From NCBI GenBank assembly GCA_965248755.1, contig OZ252149.1, forward strand, positions 2,816,001 to 2,880,000: DNA of 64,000 nt, in the 5' to 3' direction. The DNA comes from Candidatus Latescibacterota bacterium. Lineage in GTDB: Bacteria > Latescibacterota > CBDEFO01. Within the stretch, counting starts at the first letter, position 1. The number at the start of each line of letters is the position of its first letter. The notes under the pieces were generated by a model. That model made no database searches. It saw nothing but the letters and a program-made list of their open reading frames with translations, and was not told where the DNA came from. Positions 29,728-38,750 of the stretch are shown here, piece after piece. The position numbers were made by a program, and so were the translations under genes.

Positions 29728-32004
29728 TTAGACCCTTTCAGGGGCTATTTCAGGCGCCTCAGCCTTTTTGGGATACTCCACCCTCTGGTGCAGGGCTCCT
29801 GCAAGAACGCGCATAAAGCTCCCCTCGATCGCCGTCAGATCTTTTAGCGTCAGATCACACTCATCCAATTCGGATTCTGAGAATCTCTCCTTTATAGTAT
29901 CTCTGAGCACTCCCTTGACTCTGCCCGGTGCTTTGTCCTTTAATACCCTCGTAGTCGCCTCGATTGCATCTGCCAACATGATGATACCCGCCACTTTTGT
30001 CTGCGGTCTTGGTCCTTCGTACCTGAAATCTTGGGCACTTACGTCATCTTTACCTTCTCTTTGGATCGCCCGGTCGTAAAAATAAACCGCAAGGGTCATC
30101 CCGTGATGCTGTAAGATTATGTCTATTATCGCTTTGGGCAGGCCATTTTCCTCGGCCATCTCCTGACCGTCCTTCACGTGAGAGACTATGATAAGAGCGC
30201 TCATCGAAGGAGACAGTTTATCGTGAGGGTTCCTCATTCCCACCTGATTCTCTATAAAGTACTCAGGGTTCTTCATCTTTCCTATATCGTGATAGTAACA
30301 GCCTACCCTGGCCAAGAGAGGATTTTCCCCTATTGCCTCCGACGCTGCCTCGGAGAGATTGGCCATAATTACACTGTGAGTGTAAGTCCCCGGAGCCCTC
30401 AAGGCCAACTCTCTTAGAAGGGGTCGGTTCAGATCCGAAAGTTCCAAAAGCGTAATATCCGTCGTTATGTTGAATATGCTCTCAAAGATAGGCAGTAGAC
30501 CCATAGCCAAAACAGGTGAAAAGAACCCCACCAGTGCCCCCGGCAGAATATCTTCTAAGATCCTCTCTGAGGGCCCAAACCTTAAAACATCCGTCGCGGC
30601 TATCGTCGCCCCATAGATCAGCACCAGATAGATTATAGACCGATAGAAACTCTGCCTGTGTCTGACGTTCCTCACCGAATAGGCAGCTACTCCCCCAGAA
30701 AGCGTAAATACGAACGTCGCCTGAAGGTCGAAATTTAAGATGATCCCCGATAGAAGAGAGATCGCAAACGTAAAGACCAGTCCCACTTCCGCATCGAACA
30801 AAATAGTGGCCAGCATAGCAGAAAGAGCCACCGGCACTAAAAACTGCGCATTTATCTGAATTGGGCCATAAAACGGCAAACTCCATGTAATCTGTGCAGT
30901 CGACGCTGCCCACGAAGCTATAAGCACCGGAAACACAAGCACTATGGTCAAAAGGAGAAGATGCGAGACTTTATTGTATATAGATCTTCTAAACATGTAA
31001 AGATAGATCAAAAACAAAAATATAATGAGCGAGCATACAATCCCTTTTGCTCCGATTGTCAGCGTCCTTTTCCAGGGGTACTTCTCCTGCGTCTCTGATA
31101 GCTTCTTTTGCATGGAGTTCAAAACGTCCACGTGATCAGATGTAACTTTTTCGTTGGCATCTATTATCACCTGTTTTTTTATGTACTGATCCTTTACGGG
31201 AGCCACACCACCCGCAGCTTCGTTTCTTCTTCTTTCTGTTTCATTTTTGTTGAACTTAATATTTTCAGTAATCAATGAGCTTGTCAGTACCACACACATA
31301 TTTGCTGTTTCCTTATTTTCTATCCTGTTTTCCACGATCTCCTTTATGTCCTCTCGCACCTTTGTTATATCCTTAAGCTCATCGGCCGGAAGCATCTGCT
31401 CTTTTCCGCCCTTGAAGAGAGAAATCCTCCTTTTTGACTCGGGGAAGACCTGACTTTCCACAACTCTCTTATCGCGCACAATGCCCACACTGTAGTTATC
31501 CTTTAAGACCTCCCTGCACACCTTTTTAATCGCATCCGTCTCTCTTGAGCTTAACAAAAAGCCTATCACATCCTTTGGAATTATCGGATGTTTGTTCCAG
31601 AGCTGATCTATCTTCTCTGCGAAAATAGTCTCTTCTTCTTTTATCCTTTGCACATCTTTAAACAGAGAATCCAAAGCCCCGATTTGCCTTTTTCCTATCT
31701 CCTCATCAAAAAAGAAGACAGGGGCCACAGCCCTTTGCTCCTTTCTTTTGTCCTCCTCGTATTTCTTATCGTTCTTAAACACGCGAAAATCGAAGGGAGC
31801 TACGATCTTTTCCGCAGCTATCCTCCCCTCCTCCAACTCGTGAGTCTTCCTCTGAGGAAAGGATGCCGTCAAAACCACGATCTGAGCCCCTATCAAAAGC
31901 CATCTCAAGATCCTGCTTCTGGCTTTGTGTTCCCTGCTCTGATGCCTCAATACACCCGAGGGACTTTTCCGAAATATCCTTGAGAGTTTTCTTGTGAGGT
32001 CCAC
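29728..32004 (-). CDS. 7TM-HD (HDIG) phosphohydrolase, PgpH/YqfF-like
   Basis: Extracellular 7TMR-HDED domain, 7 TM helices, LLELSDLNRPLL, APGTYTHS, YYHDIGK, QHHG and MLAD; in the conserved phoH-HDIG-ybeY context. Confidence 0.92.
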   Translation of the reverse strand: MDLTRKLSRIFRKSPSGVLRHQSREHKARSRILRWLLIGAQIVVLTASFPQRKTHELEEGRIAAEKIVAPFDFRVFKNDKKYEEDKRKEQRAVAPVFFFDEEIGKRQIGALDSLFKDVQRIKEEETIFAEKIDQLWNKHPIIPKDVIGFLLSSRETDAIKKVCREVLKDNYSVGIVRDKRVVESQVFPESKRRISLFKGGKEQMLPADELKDITKVREDIKEIVENRIENKETANMCVVLTSSLITENIKFNKNETERRRNEAAGGVAPVKDQYIKKQVIIDANEKVTSDHVDVLNSMQKKLSETQEKYPWKRTLTIGAKGIVCSLIIFLFLIYLYMFRRSIYNKVSHLLLLTIVLVFPVLIASWAASTAQITWSLPFYGPIQINAQFLVPVALSAMLATILFDAEVGLVFTFAISLLSGIILNFDLQATFVFTLSGGVAAYSVRNVRHRQSFYRSIIYLVLIYGATIAATDVLRFGPSERILEDILPGALVGFFSPVLAMGLLPIFESIFNITTDITLLELSDLNRPLLRELALRAPGTYTHSVIMANLSEAASEAIGENPLLARVGCYYHDIGKMKNPEYFIENQVGMRNPHDKLSPSMSALIIVSHVKDGQEMAEENGLPKAIIDIILQHHGMTLAVYFYDRAIQREGKDDVSAQDFRYEGPRPQTKVAGIIMLADAIEATTRVLKDKAPGRVKGVLRDTIKERFSESELDECDLTLKDLTAIEGSFMRVLAGALHQRVEYPKKAEAPEIAPERV

Positions 32005-32010
32005 GTCTTT

Positions 32011-32976
32011 TTATTCCCCGCTTTCTCGCTCGTAAAGATCGTATGCCTTTATTATTTCCCCAACCAGGCGATGCCGCACAACGTCCCTTTCTGTCAGGAA
32101 CACGAATTTGATCCGCTCTATGCCCTTGAGGACATCTTTTGTCTGCACAAGTCCCGAAGTGCTCTCAAAAGGCAGATCCACCTGAGTTATATCTCCTGTC
32201 ACCACAGCTTTGGAGTTTACGCCCAATCTGGTCAGAAACATTTTCATCTGCAAAGGTGTGGTGTTTTGAGCCTCGTCCAGGATTACATAGGCTCCGCTTA
32301 GAGTCCTTCCCCTCATATAAGCAAGTGGGACTATCTCTATTACTCTCGTATCCTGAAGTCGTCTGAGCTTATCAGGTTCTATCATATCGTGAAGAGCGTC
32401 ATAAAGGGGCCTCAAATAAGGGTCTACCTTCTTCTGCATATCCCCGGGAAGAAAACCCAGCCTTTCTCCAGCTTCGACTGCGGGTCTAGCCAGTATAATC
32501 CGTGAGACATCTTTCCTTTTGAAAGCGGCAACAGCCATAGCCACCGCAAGATATGTCTTTCCCGTTCCCGCAGGCCCAATCCCGAACACTATGTCGTACT
32601 CCTCTATAGCCGACACGTAAAGATACTGTCCCAAAGTCTTAGGACGGACCTGGATCCTCTTAGCTGAGAGAATCACCTTCTGCGACAGAACGTCAGAGAC
32701 GTCCTTTCCCTTATCCTTTATCTGGTCCAATACCTCCACCAATTCCCTTCCCCCGTCGTCACTTCCGGCTCTTACAAGTTCAGCCAGATCTTTCAAGAGC
32801 CGAACCGCACCCTTAACGTCTTCTTCGTCCCCCTGAATCGTAACGTCTTGGCCCCTTGCCACTATCTTGACGTTATATTTACTCTCTACAGAAAGAAGAT
32901 TCGAATCGTTGTGACCGTAAAAAAGGAGAGGGTCCACGCCTTCCACTGATATTTTCTTCGAAACGCTGTCGCTCAA
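32011..32976 (-). CDS. phoH: PhoH-family ATPase (PhoL/YbeZ-like)
   Basis: GPAGTGKTYLA, RPAVEAGERLGFLPGD, LAYMRGRTL, DEAQN and GDITQ. Confidence 0.95.
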   Translation of the reverse strand: MSDSVSKKISVEGVDPLLFYGHNDSNLLSVESKYNVKIVARGQDVTIQGDEEDVKGAVRLLKDLAELVRAGSDDGGRELVEVLDQIKDKGKDVSDVLSQKVILSAKRIQVRPKTLGQYLYVSAIEEYDIVFGIGPAGTGKTYLAVAMAVAAFKRKDVSRIILARPAVEAGERLGFLPGDMQKKVDPYLRPLYDALHDMIEPDKLRRLQDTRVIEIVPLAYMRGRTLSGAYVILDEAQNTTPLQMKMFLTRLGVNSKAVVTGDITQVDLPFESTSGLVQTKDVLKGIERIKFVFLTERDVVRHRLVGEIIKAYDLYERESGE

Positions 32977-33000
32977 TCTTTAGAACCTTCCTCCATCAAA

Positions 33001-33048
33001 CAAGAAAAGCCCTCACTTTCGGGCAGTAGCCGGAGACGAGAGCTTTTA
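33001..33048 (-). terminator. Terminator-like hairpin in the phoH operon leader
   Basis: Minus strand AAAGCTCTCG...GGC-TACT-GCC...GTGAGGGCTTT followed by TCTTGTTT, just upstream of the GGAGG RBS. Confidence 0.45.
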
Positions 33049-33309
33049 GCAACCAAACTGTTCAGATCCGAAAAATTTTAATCTTGTCGAGGAAACGGAT
33101 ATCGTCCATCCAGGGACGAAAGCAAAGATTTAAAGATAAACGTAAGATAAAATCACGCCGTCCTTTAAAATTAAAAAAGAATCCATGTTTCAGCCATAAT
33201 ATTAACATATATATAAGGCAATGTCAAGAGAAAAATAGACTAAGCTGTGTGATAGGGCGTATTGGCGAGCTTTTCGGGGTAATATCGTCCGCGTCACCGA
33301 TTTAGGTAA

Positions 33310-33535
33310 TTTCATACCGCTCCCATGTCACCGTCAGCGGATTCATGCCCGTCCATCTACCCTACGACCCATGCGTCTTGGGGCTCACCCGCTAAGAGGT
33401 GAACCATGTTCAGGCTGTGACGGCCGCCTCCCGATATGTGGTTGGTCATATCATAATTGCTAGTGGTCAGCTTCTTTCAGAATTCCCCATCATTTATCAT
33501 TTCCCTTGCCTTCCACATGTTAGGAAGATCCTCAC
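33310..33535 (-). pseudogene. Gfo/Idh/MocA-like oxidoreductase remnant
   Basis: Frame reads LPNMWKAREMINDGEF*...MTNHISGGGRHSLNMVHLLAG...WVVG*, resembling the central Gfo/Idh/MocA region; internal stops. Confidence 0.4.
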
Positions 33536-33674
33536 ACAGCTTCTCCAAGTCAATACATTACTGGTCAAAATTATGTTGACTTGCGCACGATCTTAGGGTA
33601 ATTTTAATCGTTGCGCTGTACAGCTCATCTCTACGTTATAGTAGGCAGGAATGCGATTATGATGCCTAAAAGGT

Positions 33675-34058
33675 ATGATGCCTAAAAGGACAGATAAGGA
33701 CATGGGACGTTTCTTTCTGATGATCGCCCTGGTTTTGCTTGCGGTGAACGCTGGTTGCTCAAAGGGGGAAGATGGACGAACAGGAGAGCACATCGGCGAA
33801 GAGGAGCTTGCCGACATAATCGTGGACATGGCGAAAGCTAAAGACGAATATCGCTCAGATGAGGAGGCTCTCAAAGAGAGAGAAGAAGCTCTCAAAGAGA
33901 GACTGGAAGCTATACTAAAGGAGCGAAGTATTTCTTGGGCTGACATAGAAAAGATCATGGGGGATTTGAGGAAGGATCCTAAAAGGTGGGAAAGGGTGCT
34001 GATAACTGTCCAGACAAAATTGCAGATGGAGTCTAAAACAGTGAACAGCAAACAGTAG
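33675..34058 (+). CDS. Small helical lipoprotein
   Basis: Signal peptide ending in lipobox NAGC; internal EEALKER duplication; 16-bp tandem duplication (tatgatgcctaaaagg) across the start. Confidence 0.7.
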   Translation: MMPKRTDKDMGRFFLMIALVLLAVNAGCSKGEDGRTGEHIGEEELADIIVDMAKAKDEYRSDEEALKEREEALKERLEAILKERSISWADIEKIMGDLRKDPKRWERVLITVQTKLQMESKTVNSKQ

Positions 34059-34280
34059 ACAGTAGATGGGGAAAGGCAAATGCAAGTAGATAGCATACGG
34101 AAGAGGTGTCAGACAAACGTATCGGCCTCAAGATTACCTACCATAGTTTTTCTCTTGCTCTGAGTAGAGGCATCGGATATATTAGTTATAAGGTTTGGCC
34201 GGTGACAAAGTTCAAAGATCATGAACTGAATTCCTTCGAGATAAGCTGCAAAATTAAGAAAGTTTTGAGAGGGGACTATT

Positions 34281-35020
34281 GTGGCTGAAGAAAGAGAAAT
34301 TCGTCATTTAAATATCGGCGCTGCCGAGCGCGTCCGCCGATATAAGGAATTTTACGGAGGTTGTGTCTCAGACGCGCTTTCACGCTGTGGCGTGCAGGAT
34401 ACTGTGCTGTCACCGAAGTTTTATGCGTTGCGACAGGACATGATCCTTGCAGGCGAGGCTCTAACCGTCAAGCTCCATTCCCACCCCGGAGAGATCATGA
34501 CGGATGAGGAGAAGAAGGCTCGCGATGAGGAGTGGGACCGGATCGGTTCACCCCAAAAGCGTATGATGAGGTCGGTCTATGCGGGCGCTGTCATCTGCTT
34601 CGACACCGGTAGCGTTTCAGCCAGCGCACTTTGGGGAGATGAGTTGCACGCTGGCCCAGGCACACGGTTGTACAGGGATGCTAATTGCCGGGAAGATCCG
34701 GCATACTCGATACGTTTTGAAGATGGAGAATTTTCCTGTATATACTAATGGGCACGCGGCCAAACGCCTTTGGCAGCTGGGGGGTTACGCACGTCCAGCA
34801 CCCGATATTTCTCCCCGGTCACCTTGTGCACTACGTGCGGGTGAATCCCGGAGATTTCATCTTTGGGGACACAGACGGTGTCCAGATCATCCCTGGGGAG
34901 TTCACAGATGAGGTTATGCTGATCTGCGAGGAAATAGTTGAAAAGGAGAATGAGGAGCGCTGCCTCATCAGGGAAGGTATGCCCATAGATGAGGTGTATG
35001 CCACCTATGGAGACCTATAG
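34281..35020 (+). pseudogene. RraA-like family gene interrupted by two frameshifts (about 34610 and 34747)
   Basis: Three consecutive frames give ...VSDAL...GEALTV / AHFGEMSCTLAQAHGCTG..IAGKIRHT / VNPGDFIFGDTDGV..IP, i.e. one RraA domain. Confidence 0.75.
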
Positions 35021-35022
35021 GT

Positions 35023-35727
35023 GTGCATGCCAAGTTCTCTGTTAAAGGAAGTGCAATCGTGGTTCTTATCTTGGTAGCTATTCTAACAATGGCAAGCTCT
35101 CAAGATACTTGGGGGCAACTGGCCGAGCCGTCGCCTAAGTTTACTATAGCTCGGTTGAAATACGAGGGCGGAGGGGATTGGTACAACGATCCTGATATAA
35201 TTGGGAATCTCTTGCGATTCATCGGAGAAAATACGAACATCAAAACGGTAAACGATGAGGCGAGGGTCGAGATAGGGGACAAAGAGTTCTTTTCCTATCC
35301 GTTCCTGTTTATGACAGGGCACGGAAATATACTTCTGACACGGGAGGAGGTACCGAGGCTCAGGGAATATCTGGAAAGAGGGGGGTTCTTATATGCGGAC
35401 GATGACTACGGGATGGATGAGTCGTTTCGAAGGGAGATAAAACGTGCACTCCCGGATAAGGAGCTTGTAGAGCTTCCGCCGTCATACGGACTCTTTGACT
35501 GTCACTTCAGCTTTCCGGGGGGACTGCCTAAAATACACGAACATGACGGAAAGCGTCCCCAGGCGTTTGGAATATTTCATGAAGACAGGTTAGTTGTTCT
35601 CTACACTTACGAGACGAACATCAGCGACGGATGGGCGTCTCCTGATGTACACAAAGATTCTGAAGAAAAGCGGAACGCGGCTTTGAAAATGGGAACTAAT
35701 ATAGTAGTATGGGCGCTCACACATTAA
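35023..35727 (+). CDS. DUF4159-domain protein
   Basis: ARLKYEGGGDWY, YPFLFMTGHG, GGFLYADDDYG, PKIHEHD, DGW and ALKMGTNI. Confidence 0.9.
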   Translation: MHAKFSVKGSAIVVLILVAILTMASSQDTWGQLAEPSPKFTIARLKYEGGGDWYNDPDIIGNLLRFIGENTNIKTVNDEARVEIGDKEFFSYPFLFMTGHGNILLTREEVPRLREYLERGGFLYADDDYGMDESFRREIKRALPDKELVELPPSYGLFDCHFSFPGGLPKIHEHDGKRPQAFGIFHEDRLVVLYTYETNISDGWASPDVHKDSEEKRNAALKMGTNIVVWALTH

Positions 35728-35887
35728 AGAAAGTAGATAGTAGACAGGGGCACCGCCTCTCCTCCTTGAGATTGCTTCGGGCGAATGCCCCCGATCGAAT
35801 CTATCGGGCGGAAGCAATCTCGTAGACAGTGTAGTCAAGAAGGAGCAGAGGGAATCCATGTATGCTGTCTACTAATATAGGAGATCC

Positions 35888-36277
35888 ATGATGTCCTTCA
35901 AGCATCTTTTATTCTTTTTCCTTTCTCTTTTGCTTGCGGACAATACACAGGCACAGACTCAGCTCACGTTAGATCGCGATCGGCTTGAAGTCACAGAGGA
36001 ACAGACGGAGTCCCTGGCGAACCGACTTCTGGAACTATCCATAGCGACTCGCCAAAAAGATCTCGATCAGACCGCAGATTTCTTTGCAGATTCATTATCA
36101 GCTACCCCTCTTCCGACTGAACCCGAGGAACTTGTGCATCAAGTCAAGTGGATCCACAAGCACGGCTGGAAGATTCAAAAGGAGGCTTTGAGGTTGTCTT
36201 TGAGCGCTTTTTTGAAGGATTGGGGGGTGTTTTTGAACACTTCTCTGAGATTGATGACGCTCGGTTCAAGGTGGTGA
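35888..36277 (+). CDS. N-terminal segment (signal peptide) of a secreted FG-GAP/ASPIC protein; frameshifts into the next ORF near 36232
   Basis: Signal peptide MMSFKHLLFFFLSLLLADNTQA; the reading frame switches at the GGGGGGTGTTTTTG run. Confidence 0.6.
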   Translation: MMSFKHLLFFFLSLLLADNTQAQTQLTLDRDRLEVTEEQTESLANRLLELSIATRQKDLDQTADFFADSLSATPLPTEPEELVHQVKWIHKHGWKIQKEALRLSLSAFLKDWGVFLNTSLRLMTLGSRW

Positions 36278-37542
36278 AAGCTAAGTTTGACGACAGGGGC
36301 GCTCAGGCCCGCGTCTATTTCTATCTGGTGGGCAGGGACGCTGAGGGCCTAAGAGAGTGGGCAAGGGGATATGCCTCTGTACATGCACAGGCTTCGGAGG
36401 AGGGCAACTGGAAAATCAGCCAGTTCGTACTCGAGAGTCTTGAATCCCTGGTGTCCACCATTGAGCTCTTTTCCGAAGTGGGTGGTCCGGCAGGTGTTGC
36501 GGCCTTCTTCCCGGCCTATGGATCGAGCCAAAACCGGGGTTTCGTCTGGCACGGGGCAGCGGTAGCGGACGTGGACCTGGATGGGTTGATGGACATCTTT
36601 GCGACCGGTATCTTCGAGAACTATCTCTATTTAAACGAGGGCAACGGGCGCTTCCGCGACGCTTCTGCTCAAACGCAGACCAAGATTTTGCCCAAAGCCA
36701 CGACCCCGCTCTTTTTGGATTATGACAACGATGGGGATCAGGACCTGTTCCTCTCCTCGCCACAAAATCAGATGTTGCTTGAAAACCGGCTCATACCGGA
36801 AGGGAAGCTCGAATTTTTCGACGTGTCGTTGCAGTCAGGGATCGGGCTTGTTCCGGCAATAGGGTTCAGCGCCATCGCCGGTGACGTCAATGGGGACGGC
36901 CGTCCGGACATCTACGTTTCGTCTTACAACAGGTACGGCCAGGTGATGCCGAATTCGTGGCATCGCGCCACCAACGGGACTCCAAATCTGTTGTTCATAA
37001 ATAAGGGCAAGGGCGAATTTGTGGAGTCTGCAAAGGAATGGGCTGTAGATGACGGCCGTTGGAGTTACGCCGCTGGATTTGTGGACATAGACGAAGACGG
37101 GGATATGGACATCTACGTTGCCAACGATTTCGGCGAAAATGGTCTCTACTTAAACCAAGGTGATCGCTTTGTCGATGTGGCGGCTTCTTGGGGAGTGCTG
37201 GACCCGGGAAATGGCATGGGGGTCTCTTTCGGTGACTACGACAACGATGGGGACCTGGACCTCCACGTGACCAATATGTCCTCGACGGCGGGAAATCGGA
37301 TTCTCGGGAGACTCTTTCCCAGTGTGAGCCGGGAGATTGGCGTCCTGGGTAAGCTGGCTTCGGGAAACAGCCTCTATGAAAATCTGGGGAACGGCCAGTT
37401 CAAGGACGTTACATCGGCCGTTGGGGGATTTTCATCGGGCTGGGCGTGGGGCGGTGGATTCATCGACTTCGACAACGACGGATGGGAGGACATCTATACC
37501 CCCAACGGGTTCATTTCGGGAAAGTCGATGAAGGACACGTGA
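36148..37542 (+). CDS. FG-GAP/VCBS repeat beta-propeller segment (CRTAC1-like), ending at an in-frame TGA that is probably read through
   Basis: Repeated DxDxDGxxD motifs (DVDLDGLMD, DYDNDGDQD, DVNGDGRPD, DIDEDGDMD, DYDNDGDLD, DFDNDGWED); GMGV and WAWG. Confidence 0.85.
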   Translation: MDPQARLEDSKGGFEVVFERFFEGLGGVFEHFSEIDDARFKVVKAKFDDRGAQARVYFYLVGRDAEGLREWARGYASVHAQASEEGNWKISQFVLESLESLVSTIELFSEVGGPAGVAAFFPAYGSSQNRGFVWHGAAVADVDLDGLMDIFATGIFENYLYLNEGNGRFRDASAQTQTKILPKATTPLFLDYDNDGDQDLFLSSPQNQMLLENRLIPEGKLEFFDVSLQSGIGLVPAIGFSAIAGDVNGDGRPDIYVSSYNRYGQVMPNSWHRATNGTPNLLFINKGKGEFVESAKEWAVDDGRWSYAAGFVDIDEDGDMDIYVANDFGENGLYLNQGDRFVDVAASWGVLDPGNGMGVSFGDYDNDGDLDLHVTNMSSTAGNRILGRLFPSVSREIGVLGKLASGNSLYENLGNGQFKDVTSAVGGFSSGWAWGGGFIDFDNDGWEDIYTPNGFISGKSMKDT

Positions 37543-37577
37543 AGCCTCTTCTGGCGCCACGTGGTGGCGTCTAAGGC
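37540..37577 (+). promoter_or_regulatory. Candidate Sec codon (TGA) and bacterial SECIS-like hairpin
   Basis: TGA, 10 nt, then GGCGCCAC-GTG-GTGGCGTC, with a lower GCCT/AGGC pairing; the apical loop starts with G 19 nt after the UGA. Confidence 0.6.
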
Positions 37578-38661
37578 AGGAGTTGAGCAGGCGGGCAGCG
37601 ACACTTTCACAGAGCGGCAAAACAAATTGTTCGGACAGGGGTTTTCATTCAGCGGCTTCGAGAGAGATGCACTCTACCTCAACCTGGGCAGCAAGAAATA
37701 CTTGAATATCTCCGGCGTCTCAGGCATAGATTCGATCACCGATGGAAGGGGAGCTGTCTTCGCCGATTTCGACAACGATGGCGACACAGACATCTTTTTG
37801 ACCACTATCCAGGGAGAGGCTCACCTGCTCTTTAGAAATAATCTTTCCGAAGATGACTCCTTCATTCGTGTCACCTTGGAGGGCGTAAAGAGCGGGAAAG
37901 ACGCCTTCGGAAGCCTGGTGAGAGTCAAGACCTCCGCCGGCGTCCTCACCAAAGTCAAATCCGGTGGAGCCGCGTACCTCTCCCAGAGCGACCCGCGACT
38001 TACCTTCGGTCTCGGCTCAGATGCTAAAGCCGAGTGGGTCGAGGTTGTGTGGGCTTCAGGCCTGGTGCAGAAATTTGAGAATATCCCACAAGGCTCTTCC
38101 ATGAAGATTACCGAAGGAGATGAGCAGGTGCGATGGGTTGAGGAGAAACGATTCCAGCTGCCCGAGCCTATCAGGCCACAAGAGACCCGCCTGATGTCCT
38201 TGAGGATCAAAAAGGGGGGACAGTTTCCGAATCTTGCGCTGTCTTTATTGGATGGCGAAAGGACTTCCCTGCAAAGTTCTTCGATACTTTTGGATGATCC
38301 CATACCCGGACGAAAATACCTTGTGAATCTGTGGGCAACGTGGTGCCTGCCATGCGCCAAAGAGATGCCGGAGTTGCAGAAACTCTATGCTCGCAACATC
38401 GATAGTCTTGAGATTATGGGTATCAGCCTGGACCACGAACGGGCACAAGACAAGGTCAAGAGCTTTTTGAGCGATCACGGTATCCAATACCCGATCTATC
38501 TAAGCGATAAGAACATAATCGAGCAAATCTATGCCACAGACGAGGTCTTCGTCCCCCTCTCTTTTCTCCTCGACCAGAGCGGCAAAGTAATGGAGATCTT
38601 CTCAGGATGGTCTGAGGAGGTCAGGGAGAGATTGATTGAACAAGTAGACAGCAAACAGTAG
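37561..38661 (+). CDS. FG-GAP + ASPIC/UnbV + TlpA-like thioredoxin segment, in frame with the upstream ORF
   Basis: SFSGFERD, DFDNDGDTD, GAAYLSQSDPRLTFGLG...VVWASG (ASPIC/UnbV), NLWATWCLPC..EMPEL (TlpA). Confidence 0.88.
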   Translation: MVASKAGVEQAGSDTFTERQNKLFGQGFSFSGFERDALYLNLGSKKYLNISGVSGIDSITDGRGAVFADFDNDGDTDIFLTTIQGEAHLLFRNNLSEDDSFIRVTLEGVKSGKDAFGSLVRVKTSAGVLTKVKSGGAAYLSQSDPRLTFGLGSDAKAEWVEVVWASGLVQKFENIPQGSSMKITEGDEQVRWVEEKRFQLPEPIRPQETRLMSLRIKKGGQFPNLALSLLDGERTSLQSSSILLDDPIPGRKYLVNLWATWCLPCAKEMPELQKLYARNIDSLEIMGISLDHERAQDKVKSFLSDHGIQYPIYLSDKNIIEQIYATDEVFVPLSFLLDQSGKVMEIFSGWSEEVRERLIEQVDSKQ

Positions 38662-38750
38662 ACAGGGGCACCCATCTCCGCTCCCTATGTGCTCTTTATT
38701 AGGGGAGATAGGTATGCCCTGTATCCTGTCAATGTTTTGAGGTGTCGGTA

